DNA of 64,000 nt from NCBI GenBank assembly GCA_963828165.1, contig CAWHDR010000001.1:1184001-1248000 (forward strand), given 5' to 3'. How positions within the stretch are numbered: position 1 is the stretch's first letter; every line of letters begins with the position of its first letter. The notes beneath the pieces are model-generated. The model was not told the DNA's origin. It saw nothing but the letters and a program-made list of their open reading frames with translations, and made no database searches. Origin of the DNA: an uncultured Chloroflexia bacterium (GTDB lineage Bacteria; Chloroflexota; Limnocylindria; Limnocylindrales; CSP1-4). The position numbers and the translations under genes are program-made. Of the stretch, positions 57,055 to 64,000 are shown piece after piece.

Positions 57055-58155
57055 ATGAGTGCTTACAAGGAATTCTCCGGAAAGTCCGTGGAGGACGCCC
57101 TGCGCGCCGCGCGCGAGGAATTCGGGGCCGAGCTCAACGACCTCGATTTTGAGATCCTGACGCCGGGCAGCCGCGGGGTCCTGGGTATGGGCGCCGAGCC
57201 GGCCCGGATCGTGGCCGCCCCGCGTCAGGCGCTCGGTGGAGCGGCGCCCAAGCGCGATGCCGCGGCGTCCGCCCCGCTCCCGGCGCCGCCCGCCCGTGAC
57301 TACGCCGAACGCGACCGTGGACCTCGCCGCGACGACCGCGGCGACCGAGGCCCCCGACGCGAGGACCGCGGCGACCGCGGTCCGCGTCGCGATGACCGCG
57401 GTCCGCGCCCCGACGATCGTCCGCGAGACGATCGCCCGCCGCGCCAGGACGCCCCGAGCGAGGAACGCGTCGCGAGTGCGGCCCCGAGTCCCGATGACCG
57501 CCCGCGCGAGGAGCGGCCCGACCGCGGCCCGCGTCGCGATCGGCCGGACCGCGGCCCGCGTCGCGACGATCGACCACCGCGCCGATCCGCCCCCGCCGCG
57601 GATCTCTCCGCATCGGAGGCCGCCGAGGTGGCGGCTGCTCGTGGCTCAGTGGCCGCCGAACGAGCCGAGCTCGAGGCTGCGGAGGCGTCTCCCGAGGCGC
57701 TCGCCGCGGGCCAGCGAATCCTCGAGACGCTGATGGGCCACCTGGGCTTCGATGCCCGGGTCGAGGTCGCCGCCGGTGAGACGAGCCGCCTCAATGTCGT
57801 TGCCCAGGGTGACGATCGCGACGCGCTCGGCGCGCTCATCGGGCGCAAGGGCGAGCGCCTCTCAGCGCTCCAGCATCTCGTGAACCTGATGCTCTCGAAG
57901 GAGATCGGAGCGTGGACGAGGGTCCTCGTCGATGTCGAGGACTATCGCGGGCGTCGTGAGCGCCAGCTGCGCGAGCTGGCCGACCGTGCCGCCGCGCGAG
58001 TCGTCGAGACCGGCAAGATGCTCCAGCTGGAGCCGATGCCGGCACTCGAACGACGCTGGATCCACCTCACGTTGCGCGATCACGCGGGGGTCGCCACACA
58101 GTCCATCGGCGAGGAACCGAACCGTCGCGTGGTCCTGGTCCCGCGGGCCGGCTGA
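57055..58155 (+). CDS. jag: Jag/EloR/KhpB RNA-binding protein (Jag-N, KH, R3H)
   Basis: GKSVEDAL, LIGRKGERLSALQ, VDVEDYR.RR, LEPM...ERR.IH, S.GEEPNRRV. Confidence 0.95.
   Translation: MSAYKEFSGKSVEDALRAAREEFGAELNDLDFEILTPGSRGVLGMGAEPARIVAAPRQALGGAAPKRDAAASAPLPAPPARDYAERDRGPRRDDRGDRGPRREDRGDRGPRRDDRGPRPDDRPRDDRPPRQDAPSEERVASAAPSPDDRPREERPDRGPRRDRPDRGPRRDDRPPRRSAPAADLSASEAAEVAAARGSVAAERAELEAAEASPEALAAGQRILETLMGHLGFDARVEVAAGETSRLNVVAQGDDRDALGALIGRKGERLSALQHLVNLMLSKEIGAWTRVLVDVEDYRGRRERQLRELADRAAARVVETGKMLQLEPMPALERRWIHLTLRDHAGVATQSIGEEPNRRVVLVPRAG
57310..57585 (+). repeat. Coding low-complexity repeat (DRGPRRDD-like) within the Jag linker
   Basis: Repeated GACCGCGG(C/T)CC(G/C)CG units encoding DRGPRR(D/E)D. 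Confidence 0.7.
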
Positions 58156-58271
58156 CCATCGCCGGGGCACGATTCGGGCGCCGGGCGTCACGAAAGCCGT
58201 TACCTCGGCGTCATCATCGAGCCCGGTTCCTTGACGGGACCCCGTTCTTTGGCTGCTAGGATGTCGCTCCC

Positions 58272-60110
58272 ATGACCACGACCACCCCCGATTCCGTCGG
58301 GGTCGCCGTTCCGGAAACGCGTCGCCCATCGGGCCGCGTGCGCTTCGCCGTGGCCTTCATCATCGGTCTGCTCCTCGCGACCGTGGCGGGCGTCGGGGCC
58401 CTGTATGCGTACGACCAGCAGTACATCGGCCGCGTGTTGCCCGGCGTCCGTGTCGGCACGGTAGACCTGTCCGGACTCGAACCGGCCGCGGCGGCGGAAC
58501 GCCTGCGCGACGCCTACGGGTCGTTGAGCGAAGGCGAGATCATCCTGAAGTCCCCGCGAGGATCGACCTCCATCAGCTTTGCCGACATCGGGCGCGGGCC
58601 GGATGTCGAAGCGATGCTGGCCGAGGCTCTCGCCGTCGGGCGCGAGGGGAATCCGGTGGAGCGCGTCATCGCCGACGCCCGGACCGCCATCCGCGGCGTC
58701 ACCCTGACGCCGCGCGTCACCTTTGACGCCGACGCCCTGGCCGAGCGCATCGTCGCCTACGCCGATTCGCTCGCGCGCGAGCCGGTCGACGCTTCGGTCC
58801 AGCCGGTCAAGACACGGTTCGTCGTCCACGCCGGGGTGGCCGGCCGCCTGGCCGACGCCGCGGTACCGATCGAAGCCGCGTTCGCCGACGTCGGTGGGCT
58901 CGACGCCCCCGCCTCGCTGACCTACGCCCTGCCCGTTCGCGCCGTCGACCCCGATGTCACCACGGCCGAGGCGTCGGCGGCCAAGGCCACGGCGGAGCGG
59001 ATCGCCGCGGAGGTCACGCTCACCGCCAAGACCGGCAAGCAGAAGATCACCCAGTCACGGCTCCGGTCGTGGATCACGTTCGCCCCGACCGCCGACGGTG
59101 GATACGCCCCCACCATGGACACCGCCGGCCTCCCGGACGTCCTGAAGAAGCTCGCCAAGAAGATCAATCAGGCTCCGATCAATGCCTCGTTCAAGACATC
59201 CGGCGGCCGGATCACCGGCGTGACCGCGAGCAAGACCGGCTACAAGATGGACGTCGAGGCGACCCAGAAGCAGGTCCTGGCCCTGATCGCCGCCCGCCTC
59301 GAGGGCGGCACGGGCAAATCGATCGAGCCGACCGCCAAGGTCACGCAGCCCGCACTCACGACCGCCGAGGCCAAGGCCGCCCGTCCGAAGATGCGCAAGA
59401 TCTCGCAGTGGACGACGCCCTTCCCGGTCAGCGATCGGAACGGGTTCGGCGCGAACATCTGGATCCCGGCGCGGTTGATCAATGGCTACGTCGTCGCTCC
59501 GCGTGCCACCTTCGACTTCTGGGACGCCGTCGGACCCGTCACCCGCGCCAAGGGTTACAAGTCCGGTGGCGCGATCATCAACGGCCGGACCGAGCCGCAG
59601 GGCGCCCTCGCGGGCGGGATCTGCTCATGCTCCACCACGCTCTTCAACGCCGCGCTGCGGGCCGGCTACGAGATGGGCGCCCGACGCAACCACTACTACT
59701 ACATCGACCGCTACCCGATCGGGCTCGACGCGACGGTGTTCATCAGCGCCTCGGGCTCCAAGCAGACGGTCTCGTTCACGAACGACACGGACTACCCGCT
59801 GCTCATCCGCGGGTACGGCTTCCGGGATGGCGGGACCGGCTATGTGCGGTTCGAGATGTACAGCGTACCGACGGGTCGTGACGTGGACATCCACCTTGGT
59901 CGGAAGCAGAACCTCCGATATGCCACGGACACGGTCCAGTACACGTCGAGCCTGGCGCCCGGCGTCCGCAAGCGCATCGAGTATCCGGTCAATGGCTTCC
60001 AGGTCACCTCGACGCGGGTCGTCCGGGATCGGAAGGGCAACGTGATCCACCGAGACTCGTACTACTCGAACTACGCGCGGATCACCGGCATCACGCTCGT
60101 GGGGCGCTGA
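58272..60110 (+). CDS. VanW-family protein with peptidoglycan-binding-4-like and G5-like regions
   Basis: N-terminal TM, GVRVG.VDLSGL, GGICSCSTTLFNAALRAG...R.NH, GLDATV, F.NDT. Confidence 0.9.
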   Translation: MTTTTPDSVGVAVPETRRPSGRVRFAVAFIIGLLLATVAGVGALYAYDQQYIGRVLPGVRVGTVDLSGLEPAAAAERLRDAYGSLSEGEIILKSPRGSTSISFADIGRGPDVEAMLAEALAVGREGNPVERVIADARTAIRGVTLTPRVTFDADALAERIVAYADSLAREPVDASVQPVKTRFVVHAGVAGRLADAAVPIEAAFADVGGLDAPASLTYALPVRAVDPDVTTAEASAAKATAERIAAEVTLTAKTGKQKITQSRLRSWITFAPTADGGYAPTMDTAGLPDVLKKLAKKINQAPINASFKTSGGRITGVTASKTGYKMDVEATQKQVLALIAARLEGGTGKSIEPTAKVTQPALTTAEAKAARPKMRKISQWTTPFPVSDRNGFGANIWIPARLINGYVVAPRATFDFWDAVGPVTRAKGYKSGGAIINGRTEPQGALAGGICSCSTTLFNAALRAGYEMGARRNHYYYIDRYPIGLDATVFISASGSKQTVSFTNDTDYPLLIRGYGFRDGGTGYVRFEMYSVPTGRDVDIHLGRKQNLRYATDTVQYTSSLAPGVRKRIEYPVNGFQVTSTRVVRDRKGNVIHRDSYYSNYARITGITLVGR

Positions 60111-60112
60111 AC

Positions 60113-61939
60113 TCAGCCCTCGGCGGCCCCCTGGAACCGCTCGCGCAGGCGAGCCCACCATCCGCGATTCGATCCCGAAGGCAGGCCGGCTGATGGGGTC
60201 GCGGATCGGCCGCGCAGGCCCTGGGCGATCGCCTCGGCCTCCGTCGCACTGACGCCGAACCGCCGGAGCGCATAACGCGCCATCTGGACCGCGAGCTCGC
60301 GCTCGCCGTGCACGGCCTGGACCTTGCCGCCGATCGCCCGCAGGTGTGCCGCTTCGGCGTCGCTATGGGTTCGGACGACGAAGTCGAGGCCCGGATGCAG
60401 GGCGTGGGCACGCTCGACGATGAGCCGCGTCTCGTTCGGATCGGAGGTCGCGACCACGATCAGCCGCGCATGCTCGATCTGGGCCATCGTCATGACGTCG
60501 GGGTTGGCGGCGTCGCCAAAGACGGCCGGGATCCCGCGAGCCCGCAGGCGGTCCACCTCGTCGCGTTGCTGGGTGATGACGATGTACCTGAAACCGCGAC
60601 GCTCGAGGGCCGGCCCGATCATCCGGCCGACGCGGCCGTAGCCGCACACGATCGCGTGGAGGCGCAGTCCTTCCTGGGTCGCCTCATCCAGGGTCCCGAG
60701 CGCGCCGGTCCTCCGCTGCAACAGGTTTGCGATGGCTGGGGTGGCGCGGAGCCGTGCCTCGAGCGGATCGACGACGCGGAACACCAGGGGATTGACCGTG
60801 ATCGACAGCAGTGCCCCGGCGACGATCAGCTGGAAACCGTCGTCCGGCAGCAGGCCCAGGGAGCGCCCCACGGTCCCGACGATGAACGAGAACTCGCCGA
60901 TCTGGGCGAGCCCGGCGCCTACGGTGAGTGCGACCCGGGTGGGATACCCCGCGACGGTCACGATCACGAACTTCGTGAGGGCCTTCATGCCCACGATCAG
61001 GAGCACGATCGCGATCACCGGCAGCGGGTTCGCCACCAGGAAGGTCGGGTCCAGCAACATGCCCACCGAGACGAAGAAGAGGACCGCGAACGCGTCACGC
61101 AACGGCAGGGCATCGGCCGCTGCCTGGTGGCTCATGTCGGACTCGCTCACGACGAGTCCGGCGAGGAACGCGCCGAGCGCGAGGGAAACACCGAACACCG
61201 ACGACGAGATGAAGGCGATCCCGAGGGCGATGGCGAGGACCGCGAGCGTGAAGAGCTCGCGCGACCCTTCCCGCGCCACGACGAGGAGCAGCCAGGGTAC
61301 GACGCGAGCTCCGACGACGACCATGACGACCGCGAACGCCACGGCCTTGGCCAGGGCGAAGGCGACCGGGGCGAGCATGTCGAGTGGTTCGGCCGCGGCC
61401 GTGCCCCCGGGGTCCAGGATCGGGGCGATCGTCGGCAGCAACACGAGCACGAGGACGGCCAGCAGGTCCTCGACGATCAGCCAGCCGACGGCGATCCGTC
61501 CCTGCGGCGTGTCGAGCTCGTTGCGATCCGTGAGCGCTCGGAGCAGGACGACCGTGCTGGCGATCGAGATGGCGAGCCCCAGGACGAGCCCACCGCCCAG
61601 GCTCCATCCGAGGGCCGACCCGAGCCAGATCCCGAACAGCCCGGACACGATCGTCTGAACGATCGCGCCCGGGACCGCGATCGCGCGGACCGCCAGCAGC
61701 TCGCGGATCGAGAACTGGATCCCGACCCCGAACATCAGCAGGATGACGCCGAGTTCGGCGAGCTCCAGCGCGATGTCCGTATCGGCGATGAACCCTGGCG
61801 TGAACGGCCCGATGACCACGCCCGCGACGATGTAGCCCACGATCGCAGGCAGCCGCACCCGCCGGGCGATGAGACCGCCGATGAACGCAGCGGTCAGACC
61901 GATCGCGATGGTGGAGATGAGAACGGGCTCGTGGTCCAT
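60113..61939 (-). CDS. CPA2 cation:proton antiporter with TrkA-N domain (YbaL/Kef-like)
   Basis: LAELGVILLMFGVG, STVV, GWLIVEDL, PLRDAF.VLFFVSVG, QIGEFSF, CGYGRVG, GDA. Confidence 0.93.
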   Translation of the reverse strand: MDHEPVLISTIAIGLTAAFIGGLIARRVRLPAIVGYIVAGVVIGPFTPGFIADTDIALELAELGVILLMFGVGIQFSIRELLAVRAIAVPGAIVQTIVSGLFGIWLGSALGWSLGGGLVLGLAISIASTVVLLRALTDRNELDTPQGRIAVGWLIVEDLLAVLVLVLLPTIAPILDPGGTAAAEPLDMLAPVAFALAKAVAFAVVMVVVGARVVPWLLLVVAREGSRELFTLAVLAIALGIAFISSSVFGVSLALGAFLAGLVVSESDMSHQAAADALPLRDAFAVLFFVSVGMLLDPTFLVANPLPVIAIVLLIVGMKALTKFVIVTVAGYPTRVALTVGAGLAQIGEFSFIVGTVGRSLGLLPDDGFQLIVAGALLSITVNPLVFRVVDPLEARLRATPAIANLLQRRTGALGTLDEATQEGLRLHAIVCGYGRVGRMIGPALERRGFRYIVITQQRDEVDRLRARGIPAVFGDAANPDVMTMAQIEHARLIVVATSDPNETRLIVERAHALHPGLDFVVRTHSDAEAAHLRAIGGKVQAVHGERELAVQMARYALRRFGVSATEAEAIAQGLRGRSATPSAGLPSGSNRGWWARLRERFQGAAEG

Positions 61940-62217
61940 GGCTCTTCCCGATTCGACGGGGGGGTGCGCAGGACTGGCGCGGGTCCGTGCCAGAACGACG
62001 GCGGGTGACCCCATGAAGATACCCGACCGTCAGGCGCATCCGTTGGAATGGCCGATCAGGGACTGGCGACGGTCCGTCCGGTGCTCATCGGCACCGAAGA
62101 ATGTCCCACGAGACGTTGTTGTAATCGTTTGTTCGCTCTGGGCGTTGCACCATAGGTACTATGCTGCCAGGACAGTTGGCACTCATCTGGGGGAAGCTTG
62201 CGATGGAGATCAGAACG

Positions 62218-62715
62218 ATGACGCGCTACTCACATGTGCTCAGGGCGGCCATGCTGGCGCTGGGCGTATTGCTGGTGATGGTCCCGGTCGTCGGCGCCTA
62301 TGACGGCGAGGTCGATGACCAGGTCGGGATCGAGGGCCCGACCACGGCGGATTGCCCCGAGCCGGTCGAGATCAGGGCCCGGGTGTTCGACAAGGAGGGC
62401 AACCCCCTCGTGGGTCGAGCAGTCGTCTGGTCGAACGGCGAGACTGGCACGACCGATGCCGACGGCTACGTGACCTTGACGCTCGTCGTCTCCGGGGACG
62501 TCACGGTGAAGGCGACCAGTGGGGAGTCGTCCGCGGAACTCACGATCACCTGTGAGCGAGGCGACGTCGACGGAGCCGTGGGCGGGGCCGTGGGCCTGCC
62601 ACGGACGGACACGGAGGCACCCGCATCCGTCCCAGCGCTGCCGATCCTCGGTGCGCTGGCGGTGCTGGGCCTGGCACTCAGCGCGCGCCGGAAGTTCGCG
62701 ACCCTCCGCCGCTGA
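62218..62715 (+). CDS. Secreted Ig-like protein with a C-terminal LPxTD sorting-signal-like tail
   Basis: Signal peptide, D..GNPL.G..V...TTDADG Big-1-like motif, then LPRTD, a hydrophobic stretch and the basic tail RRKFATLRR. Confidence 0.75.
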   Translation: MTRYSHVLRAAMLALGVLLVMVPVVGAYDGEVDDQVGIEGPTTADCPEPVEIRARVFDKEGNPLVGRAVVWSNGETGTTDADGYVTLTLVVSGDVTVKATSGESSAELTITCERGDVDGAVGGAVGLPRTDTEAPASVPALPILGALAVLGLALSARRKFATLRR

Positions 62716-62727
62716 TCCTGACCGCTT

Positions 62728-62748
62728 GGGCCCTCGAGGCGGGGGCCC
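62728..62748 (+). terminator. GC hairpin downstream of the LPxTD gene
   Basis: GGGCCCTCG-AGG-CGGGGGCCC. Confidence 0.4.
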
Positions 62749-62784
62749 GGGCGTTCGGTTCATCGCGTCACCGCAGCAAAGGAC

Positions 62785-63435
62785 ATGATGGAACCGCGAT
62801 CGCGGCCTAGTCCGCGTCCGGCCACGATCGGCGCCGTCGTCGTCGGCCTGCTCGCGATCCTTGCCGTCGTCCTGTGGGCGACTCGACCAGCCTCGGATCC
62901 GTCAGAAGCCGGCGCCAGCCCGTCCGTCTCGCCGGGGACCACGTCGGTGGCCGCCACCGACGGACCGTCGCCGTCGACGTCGGCGCTGCCCCCGTCGACC
63001 GGGCCGACCGCTTCGAGCGTCCCGGCAAGCCCATCGCCCGTCGGTGCGTCGGTCGCGAATCGGATCCGGATCCCGCGTCTTGGGATCGACCTCCCGGTCA
63101 TCGAGGGCGATGGGATCGAGGCCCCGCTGGATTCGGCCGCGCATTTCCCCGGCACGGCGTGGCCAGGCGCCGGCTCGAACGTCTACATCTACGCCCATGC
63201 CCGCGATGGCCTCTTCATCAAGCTGTGGGACGCCCGTGTGGGGGACGAGGTCCTGCTCGACACGGTCGACGGGCGGACGGTGACCTACATCGTGGACGAG
63301 ATCCGACCCCGGACCCCCTGGAATGCGCTCGAACTTCTCGAGCCGACCGAGCGTGAGCAGCTGACGCTCCAGACATCGACCTCCTACACCGCCACGGCGC
63401 CGCGCTTCGTGGTCATCGCGCTGCCTGGACCATGA
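62785..63435 (+). CDS. Sortase-fold membrane protein with Ser at the catalytic Cys position
   Basis: TM + Ser/Pro linker, RIRIPRLGIDLPV.EG, H.PGT.WPG..SNVYIYAH, F..L....VGD.V, LTLQTS, RFVVIA. Confidence 0.85.
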   Translation: MMEPRSRPSPRPATIGAVVVGLLAILAVVLWATRPASDPSEAGASPSVSPGTTSVAATDGPSPSTSALPPSTGPTASSVPASPSPVGASVANRIRIPRLGIDLPVIEGDGIEAPLDSAAHFPGTAWPGAGSNVYIYAHARDGLFIKLWDARVGDEVLLDTVDGRTVTYIVDEIRPRTPWNALELLEPTEREQLTLQTSTSYTATAPRFVVIALPGP

Positions 63436-64000
63436 CTCCCGGCCCCGCGTCGCCCAGGCCAGCGCGGGTCATCCGCAAACGGATCGTGCGCGCCGCGCTG
63501 ATCATCGTCGCCCTGGCGGCGCTCCTGGGGGCGCTGGCGGTCTTCCGCTACCTGCCGCTCCTTGACGATGCACGGGACCTGCGCGACTCGCTCGAGCGCA
63601 TGGCGGACCGGGCGGTCGCTGCGGGTCCCGACATCGACCGCGCCGGCCTCACGGCGATGCGCACGGACCTGGATGCCTCGCGGGGCTATTACGCGCGGAT
63701 GGAGGACATCGTCCTGCGCGATCCCCTCGTGAGCGTGGTCGCGCTGCTTCCCCCCGTGGGGCACCAACGCGATGCGGCTGCAGCGCTCCTCGGCGCCACG
63801 GGGGCGCTCCTCGACGCAGGTGATCGGATCCTGGCGGTCGGCGATCGATTCGTGGCGATCAAGGAGAGCGAGCCCGGGAGCGGCTCCGATTCGACGATGA
63901 CCAGGCTCGTCGGCATGATCGCCGCCTCCAAGGCGGACGTGGCCGCGGCACTCGAATCCGTCAATTCCTCGCAGGCGTCGCTCGCGGCGGTGCCGGACGA
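63432..64000 (+). CDS. Membrane-anchored helical protein, DUF4012-like (runs off the window end)
   Basis: ATGA overlap with the sortase; hand translation MTPGPASPRPARVIRKRIVRAALIIVALAALLGALAVFRYLP...DPLVSVVALLPPVG; frame open to the window end. Confidence 0.55.
   Translation, partial: MTPGPASPRPARVIRKRIVRAALIIVALAALLGALAVFRYLPLLDDARDLRDSLERMADRAVAAGPDIDRAGLTAMRTDLDASRGYYARMEDIVLRDPLVSVVALLPPVGHQRDAAAALLGATGALLDAGDRILAVGDRFVAIKESEPGSGSDSTMTRLVGMIAASKADVAAALESVNSSQASLAAVPD

Noticed and set aside
57310-57585. Possible CRISPR-like or tandem array
   Set aside because: Degenerate in-frame coding repeats in the Jag linker; no constant repeat-spacer period and no cas genes.
1-64000. tRNA, rRNA, prophage, integrase, transposase or defence systems
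   Set aside because: No supporting motifs were seen by eye; a tRNAscan/Infernal run would be needed to exclude small RNAs formally.

Overview
A high-GC (about 70% by eye) bacterial chromosome segment spanning the replication origin. Gene content suggests a monoderm Chloroflexota, possibly Limnocylindria-like; this is inference only. From left to right: (1) a catabolic patch with an AhpE-like peroxiredoxin, LLM oxidoreductase, isochorismatase-family amidase, cupin and a CoxMSL-type molybdenum hydroxylase; (2) frameshifted folK, peptidase E, a CofC-like NTP-transferase and a MidA/NDUFAF7 methyltransferase; (3) a complex I (nuo) operon with a very unusual electron-input arm; (4) otsB, a TlpA-like redoxin, a sortase-fold protein, corA, an MFS transporter and an FGE-domain lipoprotein; (5) an ArsR-led phosphatidylinositol/PIM-like glycolipid operon next to a giant double GT-C gene, a further GT-C-like gene and a Ppm1-like GT2; (6) DUF151, a rhomboid, a pseudo-PP2C membrane protein, dciA-recF-dnaN-oriC-dnaA and rpmH-rnpA-yidD-yidC-jag; (7) VanW, a CPA2 antiporter, an LPxTD surface protein, a second sortase-fold protein and a partial DUF4012-like gene. 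The best candidate for an undescribed system is the complex I. nuoI is split in two by a ~4-kb module. Its N-half is fused to a cluster-less NuoE fragment, followed by a degenerate NuoF, and its C-half is fused to the end of a NuoG-FeS/GltD-type NADPH flavoprotein. Second is a pair of sortases with Ser in place of the catalytic Cys, one beside an LPxTD-tailed putative substrate. I saw no rRNA, tRNA, CRISPR, integrase or transposase. Two probable single-base indels (folK and the end of nuoI'-nuoE') suggest some sequencing error. All calls are from motif recognition; no database search was run.
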